Assembly (NCBI GenBank): GCA_963765495.1
Contig: CAVXWP010000008.1
Location: 192,001 to 256,000, forward strand
Origin: Blastocatellia bacterium
GTDB taxonomy: Bacteria; Acidobacteriota; Blastocatellia; UBA7656
Direction: 5' to 3'
DNA: 64,000 bases
The position numbers and the translations under genes are program-made. Numbering within the stretch: the stretch's first letter is position 1; each line of letters starts with the position of its first letter. Shown piece after piece: positions 52,292-63,998 of this stretch. The notes beneath the pieces were generated by a model, which had not been told where the DNA came from, made no database searches, and was given only the letters and a program-made list of their open reading frames with translations.

Positions 52292-52356
52292 ACTATATGT
52301 TGATAGACCCTTCGCGGATATGACCGCCGTCACCGTAAATTGTGACGACCGTCATA
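52292..52356 (-). promoter_or_regulatory. CRP/FNR-type class II promoter with tandem boxes
   Basis: ATGACCGCCGTCAC (centre 52326.5) and TGTGACGACCGTCAT (52348.5); -10 TATAGT at 52297-52292. Confidence 0.75.
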
Positions 52357-52454
52357 AGAGAGAGGCCGGTTCTATATGTCACGATGAAGCTCCGAATTTG
52401 ACCTCCCGGTTTAGGTTTGACAAAGGGGCGCGGTTTCGGATAGTCTGAAAGCCC

Positions 52455-54928
<2,474 letters not shown>

Positions 54929-54995
54929 TCTGAAGTTTGTTGAAGGACAAATTCAGAACCATTAATTCTCAGGAAACGCAACTCGAGCGCAACCG

Positions 54996-55754
54996 ATGTT
55001 TAAGCTCATAATCAATTGCGGACCCTGCCAGGACTATATCCAAAAGTGTCTGGATTCAGTGATGTCTCAGACTATCAAAGACTGGGAGGCCTTTGTCACC
55101 ATTGACCCGTGTGGCGATATGACGTATGAGCGCGCACTCGATGCGGCAGGTTCCGAGGACCGTATCTTCATCACTCAAAACGCCGGGCGGCTATATTCGA
55201 TGGCAAATCTTGTTTACGGGATCGAGAGAAGCCATGCGCTCCCTGAGGATGTCATTGTCGTCCTCGATGGAGATGATTGGTTTCATGTAGACAATGCGCT
55301 TGAGATAATTGCCAATACTTACAAAACACATGATTGCTGGATTACTTATGGAAGCTGGATATCTAACAAACCTGATTCCATAAGTCATCGGCAATGGCCC
55401 GCCTACGAAACAGGCGAGAATGATTTTCGCAATAAGAGGTGGCTTGCGACAGCCGTGAGGACATGGAAGAAATGGCTCTGGGAGCTTGTTGACGACAGTG
55501 ACCTGAGAGATGAACAGGGGGATTACTTCCGCGTCGCCGAAGACCTGGCAGCCGTCTTTCCCATGCTTGAGATGAGCGGAACCGCGCGCGCGAGGCACAT
55601 TCCCGATGTATTGATGGTCTACAACAGGGCAAACCCACACTGCGTTGGGGACACGATGTGGATGGAATTGCGAAAAAACGACGCCTACATCCGGTCAAAG
55701 CCACCATACCTCAGGCTGAAAGAAAAACCTTCCGGCAAGACTCCACGTAGGTGA
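54996..55754 (+). CDS. GT2-family glycosyltransferase
   Basis: YIQKCLDSVMSQT, VVLDGDDW, AEDLA..FPMLEM. Confidence 0.8.
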   Translation: MFKLIINCGPCQDYIQKCLDSVMSQTIKDWEAFVTIDPCGDMTYERALDAAGSEDRIFITQNAGRLYSMANLVYGIERSHALPEDVIVVLDGDDWFHVDNALEIIANTYKTHDCWITYGSWISNKPDSISHRQWPAYETGENDFRNKRWLATAVRTWKKWLWELVDDSDLRDEQGDYFRVAEDLAAVFPMLEMSGTARARHIPDVLMVYNRANPHCVGDTMWMELRKNDAYIRSKPPYLRLKEKPSGKTPRR

Positions 55755-56377
55755 GGTTTGCGAAGCCGAGGAAAAAAGTAATTCGTGACCGAGCTTTTCT
55801 ACAAAGTCATTTTATCTCATATTGACCTGCTGAGATCGAAGAAAACCACCGATTGCTTCACGAAATAGCTTTGCCTACTTTGTGCCTTTGCGAGAAATAG
55901 TTACTTGCGCAGACGCAAAGGCAGAGCGTGGGCAAAGATTTTCCTGAGAAAAAAATGGCCCTAAGTTAATGGTTGCATTATTACATCGAGTTGTAATAGA
56001 TATTGCGTCCAAAGATTTTCTGTGATACTCTCTGCCCGTCACATAGTTAGGCTAAATTCAGAGCTTCAGATCTTATCATCTATTTTCTGAGCCAACTCGG
56101 CGCCGAATGTGATTTCCTCAGGCGTATGAGCCGGGCTGAAGAACTCACCGGGAAGGTGAGCGACAGTTCTAGCATCACTTTTCGAGCAAGCAAACTCAGG
56201 AGCAATACATTTTCAATCGGCTTTAACTCTTCTTCAACTTGTGATTTCCGGCTTATTAGCGGAAGTGATGAATAATACATGACCTCTCTGGGTAGTCGTC
56301 AAGATAGCAATTGATACGGCGTTTATGCATCTTGAAGATGCAGACTGCCATCACGTTTTATTTGATCGAGCAATGCA

Positions 56378-57271
56378 ATGTGGAGGACATCTATGAGTTT
56401 CCCCGGGGGCTGGTCGAAAGGCGAGTCAAATCATAATCAAGAGAGGAATGGTGACCAGACTAATTCGATTGGGTCCTGCGACCTGGATCGTTCGCGGGCC
56501 AATCGAGATGATCTGCTAAAGAAGGGTAGTAAAAGTCGGGGTTTCAACTGGGCGCGTTTCTCCTCGATTGAGGAAGGTGAGAAGTGGGGAGAGAGTGAGA
56601 TGTCCGGGTTGTTGCATTGTCTGGGTCTCGGAGAATCCGCCGCCTTTTGGATTCTGTGGCAAGGACATCAAAAATATCTCTATAGCGTTTGTTTGAGGCA
56701 GATGGGTGGCAAGCACGAGGATGCCGAAGATGCCTTGAGCATTTCGATGCTCAAGGCGCTGGATAAATTTCCTGCTTACGCGAGGAAAATTACAAATCCT
56801 CGTGGATGGCTCACTCGTCTCACCTATAACGTATGTATCGACATCCATCGAGAGCGGAGAAGGCGGACAAAGAGCAACGAAAACATTGAGGACCTGTTGC
56901 GGTGCGAGGGCGTGCCGCCGTATTGGGTTCATCGATCTCCTGAGGAAGGAATACTTCACTCCGAGTTATACGCCCAACTTTGCAGGGCTGTCGCAGACTT
57001 GCCCGCACAGCTGCGTGAGCCGTTCGTGCTGCGATTCTTTCAAGAGACATCTTATCCTGAAATCGCGGATTGCCTGAGCCTTTCAATCGAAAATGTCCGC
57101 AAGCGTATTCAAAAGGCGCGGGCAATAATCAGAGAGAAACTCGAAGCCTACCACACGAGCAAACGAGATGCTTCTGCCATATCAAATGTCAGAGGTGAAT
57201 TTGTATTTGGAGGGGCAGGGCAATTCGTATGCGACTCAACGACGAAATTTACGGCCATACGAATAGCCTGA
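56378..57271 (+). CDS. ECF RNA polymerase sigma factor (start uncertain)
   Basis: DAEDAL, WLTRLTYNVCID, LP..LRE.F.LR..SY.EIA..L..V..R..KAR. Confidence 0.85.
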   Translation: MWRTSMSFPGGWSKGESNHNQERNGDQTNSIGSCDLDRSRANRDDLLKKGSKSRGFNWARFSSIEEGEKWGESEMSGLLHCLGLGESAAFWILWQGHQKYLYSVCLRQMGGKHEDAEDALSISMLKALDKFPAYARKITNPRGWLTRLTYNVCIDIHRERRRRTKSNENIEDLLRCEGVPPYWVHRSPEEGILHSELYAQLCRAVADLPAQLREPFVLRFFQETSYPEIADCLSLSIENVRKRIQKARAIIREKLEAYHTSKRDASAISNVRGEFVFGGAGQFVCDSTTKFTAIRIA

Positions 57272-57323
57272 CGAGAATCTACTCTCTTTTCGTCAAGGGA
57301 CTGAATTTACAACAGAGAGGCAA

Positions 57324-57366
57324 TTACCAGCCCGGCATGAACAGTGCGATCCTGCCGGGCTGGTAA
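57324..57366. terminator. Hairpin between the convergent ECF and Gly/Lys peptide genes
   Basis: TTACCAGCCCGGCA ... TGCCGGGCTGGTAA (14-bp perfect). Confidence 0.7.
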
Positions 57367-57459
57367 CTTGAGAACGGATTGAGTGTAAATTCTCTGTGTC
57401 AGTCTCTGTAGTCAGATTGCAAGCCACGCGCCATGTATAAACCGCTTCACAACCTGTGC

Positions 57460-57759
57460 TTAGTAGAGTTTGGGTTTGCCCTTTGTTCCCTTTTTGCCTT
57501 TAGCTCCGAGTTTGGCTTTTACTGCCAATATGGCTTTCTTGCCGCCTTTACCTTTACCGCCTTTCTTGCCGCCTTTGCCTTTACCGCCCTTACCTTTGCC
57601 CTTGCCTTTACCCTTGCCTTTACCTTTTTTCTTGCCCCCGTTTATACCGAGTGCCAGAGCAAGCGCATAAAAGAGATCCTGAGCCGTCTTCCGCTCAAGC
57701 GTCACCGTCACTACATTGCCAGACGGGACGCTCAGTTTCGGTTTGCCTTTTCCACCCAT
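57460..57759 (-). CDS. Gly/Lys-repeat small protein (99 aa), candidate precursor peptide
   Basis: GGAGGTG RBS; leader-like ~42 aa ending GINGG; core KKK(GK)6GGKGKGGKKGGKGKGGKK with varied synonymous codons. Confidence 0.75.
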   Translation of the reverse strand: MGGKGKPKLSVPSGNVVTVTLERKTAQDLFYALALALGINGGKKKGKGKGKGKGKGKGGKGKGGKKGGKGKGGKKAILAVKAKLGAKGKKGTKGKPKLY

Positions 57760-57811
57760 TCTACACCTCCAAACGGAGTCGGATTTTGCTATATCTGTCG
57801 TACAAGAATAA

Positions 57812-57836
57812 GACGCTTTCAAAGGTTCATCTGTGA
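57812..57836 (-). promoter_or_regulatory. ECF-type promoter candidate for the peptide gene
   Basis: Minus strand TCACA-N16-CGTC. Confidence 0.4.
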
Positions 57837-57950
57837 ATCTTTCGTAAACAAAGGGGCAAAGTGGCAATGGTTTTCGATTCTCTCATGCCCATTTCTCCAT
57901 TCGAATCTATCTGATTCACCCATATGGTTGAGTTGATCTTGGAGGCAGTG

Positions 57951-60050
57951 ATGAAACAGGCCCGTGGCAAGCGCTACAATAATATTCCCGATCATTTGCT
58001 TGGCATAATTCGTGACGAATTTGGGGATGACAAAGAGGTGTTTATTCTATTCGATGAATTTTTTTGTTATCAGGATTATAACCGTGATTTCGCGCGGAGA
58101 CTGGTGGATACCGCAAGATCAGGTTCGAAGGGATCGTGGGCAATCAGATCGCTCGCTATATTGATGCTCGAGCATCAGATTCTGAAGCGGACAGTCGGTG
58201 ATTCGACCGAGTACGCTTTTCTCTTTGACCTTCTGGGTATAAGGCTGGAAGATCAGGCATTTGAGAAGGTTCTGAGGGAAGGCTACACGACAACCGATAT
58301 GCCAGGGTTTACGGAAGAGTTCAGACGCAGGCTTGCGCGTCTCAGTCGTATTCACCTTCTAATAAAGGGAGAATCAACATCTGAATCTGGTTTACGCGAC
58401 TTTATATACGCTGCCAGACGAACCTGTAAACTTACTCTTGCTCGTTACCTGTGGCTGCCGGATGAGGTGGTCGAGAAAATATTCGACCAGACAAGACGGT
58501 CCAAGGGCGTAAAGGATATGACCCCTCTCGATCATCCCTACATGAAGGATGAATCCGAGCAAGCGCTAGCCGGACTGCCCGATTTCGAAGCCGAGATCAT
58601 ATGCAGGATTCGAGACGAATCGCAGGTTTACTGGGTCGGGGATTCGACCAGCGCGGAAATAAATTCGCTTGTGGAATACCCGCTTCATACTGTTGTTCTA
58701 GTGATAAAGCCACCGGGCAGCAATATTGAATTCGAGATAAAGCGAGCGGGCAATAGAGGCGGACACCTGCTGGATATCATCTTTGAAAAGGGTGGCATAA
58801 TGGTCCCGCCTCCGCACAGGCTTCACGGCGGGAGCATGGGGCATATGTTGAGATGGGAGGCAGGTGCCGGCTCGATTCTGTCGAGAATATTTCGCCTTGT
58901 TCATGGAGACGAGGCCCCGGTCTGCCGGACCATCTCAATCTCATCCGTCTACTCGGTGCCTACATCGGGTGATGAACAACACGTGCTCCAATATTTCACC
59001 GAGCGCGATAGTTTTGGAGCAGGCTTCGACCGTATGCGATCGGCGATGCGGGATTCTTTAGAGGCTTTCAACGAGGACTGGGGAGCCGGGTCGCCTATGC
59101 TGCCCGGAGAGCTTGGATTGACGGCTCAGTTTCTGACTCAGGTCGCACCTTGCCAGTCCATAATTGTGGGAACAAGCTCCTTCAGATTGCACAGGTTAAT
59201 TGAATATCTTTCCCCGAGAGGCGCTGACATCTATTTTCATGACGGGCTTGATGTCCGTTACACAGATCAGCAGGCCAGGCAGTTTGTAGATGAGATTCTG
59301 GATGAGGTCCTGGGTATTTACACCCCGCCCGACACCGAGTACCAGAATCACGAACAATATGTGAGGGCGGCTTTTCGTGTGGCTGAGAACCGCGACCGGG
59401 CTGACCGGAATTACATCTCATTGATGCGGCAGATGGGAGAGTTCTGGGGCACATTGCTGGGTGTCAGGGGATTTTCGGATGGAGAATCTTTCGTGGTCCG
59501 AAATGTTGGTCTCAGATCTGTTTGGGTCAAAGGCAACTGGGAAGTAAGACTTATCTTCATGGATAATGATCTGTTGAATATTATCGGGAAACGATATAAG
59601 AATTTTCATCCGATGGAGGCCCTGTTTGGGATGAGAAAAGATTTCACGCATATATTCGGCGGAAAGATCGGCGACAATACGCTCAGGGGCAGCACGGGCG
59701 CTCTTGAAAAGATTTATCAGCCTGACAAGAAGCTCATCAAGAAGGGGAATAGGGCGATTCGAAAGGCGATGGTAAAGGCATATCGGATAACTCGCGCCGC
59801 ACTTCATGAAAAAGAAGAATTGCGGGGCCTGTTCTATCGCCCCTTCCTCGACAGGATTGACGACTGGGATGATTGCGTAGCGGGTTTCCTCAGAGCCGCA
59901 GGGGATGAGGCCAGAGTCGGAATCTGGAGAGAGAATTTAGAAAGGATTCTGGAAAATAAAGGTTATGAAAAAGCTCTGATACGAGAGCATGTGAAGGGAA
60001 TTGAGAAGTTTTCAAGCCTGCTCGAATCGCTATCGTTTCTATATCTATAG
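57951..60050 (+). CDS. Large hypothetical protein, putative kinase-like (SelO/MchC-like) fold
   Basis: GGAGG RBS; EFEIKRAG..HRLHGGS..WE..P.CR.I; later SDGESFVVRN and FMDND in catalytic-loop/DFG-like order. The fold is an inference. Confidence 0.6.
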   Translation: MKQARGKRYNNIPDHLLGIIRDEFGDDKEVFILFDEFFCYQDYNRDFARRLVDTARSGSKGSWAIRSLAILMLEHQILKRTVGDSTEYAFLFDLLGIRLEDQAFEKVLREGYTTTDMPGFTEEFRRRLARLSRIHLLIKGESTSESGLRDFIYAARRTCKLTLARYLWLPDEVVEKIFDQTRRSKGVKDMTPLDHPYMKDESEQALAGLPDFEAEIICRIRDESQVYWVGDSTSAEINSLVEYPLHTVVLVIKPPGSNIEFEIKRAGNRGGHLLDIIFEKGGIMVPPPHRLHGGSMGHMLRWEAGAGSILSRIFRLVHGDEAPVCRTISISSVYSVPTSGDEQHVLQYFTERDSFGAGFDRMRSAMRDSLEAFNEDWGAGSPMLPGELGLTAQFLTQVAPCQSIIVGTSSFRLHRLIEYLSPRGADIYFHDGLDVRYTDQQARQFVDEILDEVLGIYTPPDTEYQNHEQYVRAAFRVAENRDRADRNYISLMRQMGEFWGTLLGVRGFSDGESFVVRNVGLRSVWVKGNWEVRLIFMDNDLLNIIGKRYKNFHPMEALFGMRKDFTHIFGGKIGDNTLRGSTGALEKIYQPDKKLIKKGNRAIRKAMVKAYRITRAALHEKEELRGLFYRPFLDRIDDWDDCVAGFLRAAGDEARVGIWRENLERILENKGYEKALIREHVKGIEKFSSLLESLSFLYL

Positions 60051-60134
60051 CTGCTTGCAATCGGGTATAAATGTAGGAGCCCTTCCGCTCTCTTGCGGAA
60101 TGATTTAGAAATTTGTTTTATCCATCGGCACCAA

Positions 60135-60848
60135 TCAAAGATACCGTTTCTTCAACTGTTCATAGATACAGTCAGGGTGATAAGTCGAGTCTTTGTCCTG
60201 TCCGTTGCGCCTCCACATCTCATTCCATAGATGCAGCGCATAAGTCGTCTCGCCAAATAAACAGACAGCTTTCGGGTCCAGGACTTTTTGCCACTCGGCG
60301 TATCCAACCGGGCAAAAGACTTCCGGCGGCTTTATGAAATGCTCAAGCGAATATTTCTTGACAGCCTCGGCCACAAGCTTCGGGCCAACCTCTCCCCAGA
60401 CCAGTTCATCGGGGTTCTTTTCAACACACCTCTGCCAGGCGTAGTCCATCACTCCACTCCTACGGGGAGCTTTGATATAGCCCGAGGATGTGAAGACTTT
60501 TCCCTGAGCAGGCTCGGATGAAAAAACGTGCTCTTCTTTGAAATCAAAATGTTTCAGGCAAACGGCATCCATGTCTACCCACCAGCCGCCGCGCTCAAAC
60601 AAAAGCTTATACCTGAAAAAGTTTGAAAAGGCCGAATAACTCTTCTGGTCCCTGTATTGAAAGATCATCGAAGCAGGCAGGATTTCGTTTCCGTCTTTGA
60701 CAAGCGCGCCCGTCGGTACAGACTCCACTTCGTCATAAGCGTAGAGATGAAACTCGTGATTATTTTTCAGGTAAGACGAGATCGTAAGCCGCTCCATCGT
60801 TGTGAGATTCGAGCCAATCCAGAGTCCCTGAATAATCTTATTTGTCAT
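60135..60848 (-). CDS. DXD-motif glycosyltransferase (GT32/Gly_transf_sug-like)
   Basis: IQGLWIG, FSNFFRYKLL..RGGWWVDMD, GP.L, HLWNEMW. Confidence 0.85.
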   Translation of the reverse strand: MTNKIIQGLWIGSNLTTMERLTISSYLKNNHEFHLYAYDEVESVPTGALVKDGNEILPASMIFQYRDQKSYSAFSNFFRYKLLFERGGWWVDMDAVCLKHFDFKEEHVFSSEPAQGKVFTSSGYIKAPRRSGVMDYAWQRCVEKNPDELVWGEVGPKLVAEAVKKYSLEHFIKPPEVFCPVGYAEWQKVLDPKAVCLFGETTYALHLWNEMWRRNGQDKDSTYHPDCIYEQLKKRYL

Positions 60849-60868
60849 TGAACGCTTTGAGCAGCCGG

Positions 60869-62824
60869 TTATTTTACCTCGCCAGGTTTGGCCTCTATGA
60901 CCGTTACAGCCTGCACCTGTGTGTAATTCATTTCTCTGGAAAAGCATGCAAGGTGTACGTAATAGATTCCCGGCATCGGGGGAGTAAATTCGATTGCGTA
61001 GACGCCTCCGCCGACGTGTTCGGCCGATTGGCGGGTCTGCCAGACACCGGGGGCGAATATCAAGGCGTTCAGGTCTTTCAACTCGTCTACGGGTTTGCTC
61101 GTACGAGGGTCGGTCAGCTTGAATGTCAGCCGCACCTTTTCTAGAGACTTCCCGATTGCAGACAGGTTTAGCGGCTCGATATTCGGCGGCGGATTCTCGT
61201 TGCGGGATAATTCCGGGTTTGGCGCTACGGTGAAGTCGAAGCAGTTGATGATTCGGGGACTGCTCATGAAGAAAGCTACCTGATAATTGCCTGCTCGTCT
61301 CAGACGTATCTCGGTTTGATAAAGACCCGGAGCGCGCTCCCGGAGGCTCCGATCAACTATGAGCACGGCGCGAGGTTGACGACCATAGTTGCTGAAATTC
61401 CCCATCGGCGCGGCCATGCCTTCACGGTAATAATAGATCATCTTATCGGCAGGATTAGCCACGAGGACTGCATTCTCGCCTGCCGCCTGAACTATGGCAT
61501 CGGCAGGAGATGGCCTAACGGTCTTGCCCAGAGGTGCCTGCCCGCCGGGGAAATCGACTACGGGAACAGCCGCTCCTTCCTTTCCAATCTGAGAGAGCGG
61601 AATCATAAGTATCGATTCACTTGAGCGAAGACGCAGGTAAGCAAGCTCGGTCGAGAAGGCGACCTGATCGGGGCCATCTGCTATGTCAGCGGTCTGAATC
61701 ACTCGGTTGAGCGAAGCATCAAGGATATGTATCAGGTTTTTCTCGGGATTGACGACGAATCCCAGCCTTCCGCCCGGCGCAAATCTGATCTGCCCGAGCC
61801 CTGGTTCGGCCTTCATTCGAGTGATTTCCCTGTGAAGCTTTTCATCTATTACGACAATCGTCCCTTCGGTATCGTCTGTCACATAGACTGCGCGGGCGAG
61901 ATTTGAATAGGAGATGGACTGGGGGCTTGTGCCCGTCTTTATGTCCGCTATTTTCTTAAGGGTTCGGATGTCGATAACGGATACGGTTCCCGCCTTGCGG
62001 TTGGTGACAAAGGCGAAGCGACTGTCCTCGCTGAATGCTATTTGATGGCTACCGCCCCCCGTTGAAATGCGCGCGGCTATGGTGAGTTTTTGACTGTCAA
62101 TTACGGTGACGCCCGAATCCTTTGCGTTGCTATCGGATTGATAACCAGCCCAGAGGTAAGCCTCATCGGGCTGGAAGGCCAATCGACCGGGCCTCGGCCC
62201 CGCTTCGATTGTGGATGTCACCTGCCATGTGACCGTATCAATTATGGCAACCTGATTCGAATCGGGAGTCGAAACAAAGAGGCGGTTCTGGTCCGAGGTC
62301 AAGGCCCAATCCTCGGCGGGGCTCTTGAGCGGAACAAGCGCAAGCAACTTGGTCCCGCCAAACCCGAAGAGCGGGTCTACGACCGTAATCGTTGAGTCCT
62401 CGTTCATGGCCAGAACGTAATATACATTCAGGTCATGTTCGGCCTGTCCCATCAAGCCTCCCCCAACAAATAACTCAACCTTTCCTTTACATTCGCCCGG
62501 ATCGGTCTTTGCGCCATCGGGCGTCCTGTCCATCCACGCGGCCGGGTTGGCCTTGTTGACAGGCGCTCCCGTCTGCTCATCAGTAATTTTGAAACTGACA
62601 AGCGTGTCATCGTCTTCTCGGAATTCGGCTCTCTTATCTTTGGTCGGGCTGTGATGTTCTATGGTCAGTTCGATGTTCAACCCTTCGCGGACAATATTTC
62701 GCTTGTAGGGATAAGATTGAGCGGTTGATGTCTCTTTTGCTTCGCCGGATTGTTGGCCGTAGCAGGGAAGAACGCCGATTGAGATCAGGATGGCGCAAAG
62801 CGCAAATTTGATGAAGATTTTCAT
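60869..62824 (-). CDS. Exported YncE/cytochrome d1-type beta-propeller protein with Ig-like ends
   Basis: Signal peptide; VTN..GTVSVID repeats; NPADK.IYYY.EGM.APMG.F.NYG. Confidence 0.8.
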   Translation of the reverse strand: MKIFIKFALCAILISIGVLPCYGQQSGEAKETSTAQSYPYKRNIVREGLNIELTIEHHSPTKDKRAEFREDDDTLVSFKITDEQTGAPVNKANPAAWMDRTPDGAKTDPGECKGKVELFVGGGLMGQAEHDLNVYYVLAMNEDSTITVVDPLFGFGGTKLLALVPLKSPAEDWALTSDQNRLFVSTPDSNQVAIIDTVTWQVTSTIEAGPRPGRLAFQPDEAYLWAGYQSDSNAKDSGVTVIDSQKLTIAARISTGGGSHQIAFSEDSRFAFVTNRKAGTVSVIDIRTLKKIADIKTGTSPQSISYSNLARAVYVTDDTEGTIVVIDEKLHREITRMKAEPGLGQIRFAPGGRLGFVVNPEKNLIHILDASLNRVIQTADIADGPDQVAFSTELAYLRLRSSESILMIPLSQIGKEGAAVPVVDFPGGQAPLGKTVRPSPADAIVQAAGENAVLVANPADKMIYYYREGMAAPMGNFSNYGRQPRAVLIVDRSLRERAPGLYQTEIRLRRAGNYQVAFFMSSPRIINCFDFTVAPNPELSRNENPPPNIEPLNLSAIGKSLEKVRLTFKLTDPRTSKPVDELKDLNALIFAPGVWQTRQSAEHVGGGVYAIEFTPPMPGIYYVHLACFSREMNYTQVQAVTVIEAKPGEVK

Positions 62825-62858
62825 ATTGAAACTCGATGCCTCGCCAGTTCGTCAAAAC

Positions 62859-62890
62859 GGGCCGGAGAGAAATCACAGTCTCTCCGGCCC
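62859..62890. repeat. Intergenic hairpin
   Basis: GGGCCGGAGAGA...TCTCTCCGGCCC. Confidence 0.6.
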
Positions 62891-62921
62891 AAGATTAAGC
62901 CAGGGTAAAACCGTTTGCAAG

Positions 62922-63998
62922 TTACTGCTCTCTGATCACCCTCGGTTTTGGCTTAAATCTGAAGATCTCATCTGACGGGAGGACCGGAACCACAGCCGGA
63001 GCCGGGTTGAGATCGAATATCCTCTGAATAAAGGCGGTAGCCACAACCGAGCCGCCTTGTGAAGAGACCGCTGTGATCGGCGCGGCGATGTTTGTCCCCG
63101 TAAACGACCACATCCCGGTCATCCTGTCAACTTTGGCTGTTCCAAGCACCGGGCCATCAGGTCCAGTGCCGCTATGAATGGTGACCTCTTCGGCCATCTG
63201 CCCGTTGTCGGGATTGACTGTGTTGACTCCTGTGATGACGACCTTTCCGGCAAGAGGTCCGAAACTCGTCATCGTGACTATATCCTTACCCGGCTCGCCT
63301 ACTCTGAGCACTCCCCAGAGGCCGAACATGAAATCGGTTCCGATAAATGTGCGATAGAGATAATCGCCCGGAACGCCCTTTTCACCCCCGGCCTTTTTCG
63401 CTACGAGATCCCATGAGACGTTCGGTCCGAAACTGTCGCGCGCTCCGAAGTTTTGCGATTTCGGGTTGTCGCCTATCACGGTAGAGTTGTTCTTGTAGGG
63501 TTCCTCCTGCCACACGTGGCCGTGTAGGGTATAGACCTGTTCGTTCAGTCCTGCCGGATGCAGGAGTCTCATCCGAATCGGCATCCCGGCAGAGGCTGCA
63601 AAAACAGGCGTCTGCGGGTCGGCCAATACCAGCGTGTTCGAAAGCGCCCTTGAGATTCCAAGCGGCGCGTTGCTGTTGCTGCTCGCCAGCCAGTCGTTCT
63701 TGGCAAAACGGTAACCAAGCGGCTCGGTTCTGTAATTGAGCGCCTGGGTCCAGTTGGAGGGAACCGGAGTCGTTGTGCCCGGATTTACCGGCCCTGAACC
63801 GCTTATTTGAAATACCCCGGCCATGTTTTGCTTATGAACCGTGCATTCGAAGTTTAGCGAGATCAGAGAGGGCGGAATATCGCCTCGAACCTTCAGCGTC
63901 GCAAGCGTAGTCCCGGGACCTGCTCCATCCGTCCCCCATGCATTCGGACCGATTGAGGGTTGAGGCTTGAAATTGCTTGCCGAACTGCCAAAATTGAA
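62922..63998 (-). CDS. C-terminal part of a large MnxG-like multicopper oxidase (5' truncated by window)
   Basis: Frame open to the window edge; FECTVHKQNM (type-1 Cu-like), NYRTEP, DPQTPVF, LHGHVW, PGDYLYR, GLWGVLRV. Confidence 0.8.
   Translation of the reverse strand, partial: FNFGSSASNFKPQPSIGPNAWGTDGAGPGTTLATLKVRGDIPPSLISLNFECTVHKQNMAGVFQISGSGPVNPGTTTPVPSNWTQALNYRTEPLGYRFAKNDWLASSNSNAPLGISRALSNTLVLADPQTPVFAASAGMPIRMRLLHPAGLNEQVYTLHGHVWQEEPYKNNSTVIGDNPKSQNFGARDSFGPNVSWDLVAKKAGGEKGVPGDYLYRTFIGTDFMFGLWGVLRVGEPGKDIVTMTSFGPLAGKVVITGVNTVNPDNGQMAEEVTIHSGTGPDGPVLGTAKVDRMTGMWSFTGTNIAAPITAVSSQGGSVVATAFIQRIFDLNPAPAVVPVLPSDEIFRFKPKPRVIREQ

Noticed and set aside
57433-57936. Plus-strand hydrophobic ORF (AFTF repeats)
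   Set aside because: It is the antisense shadow of the GK peptide, which has the strong RBS.
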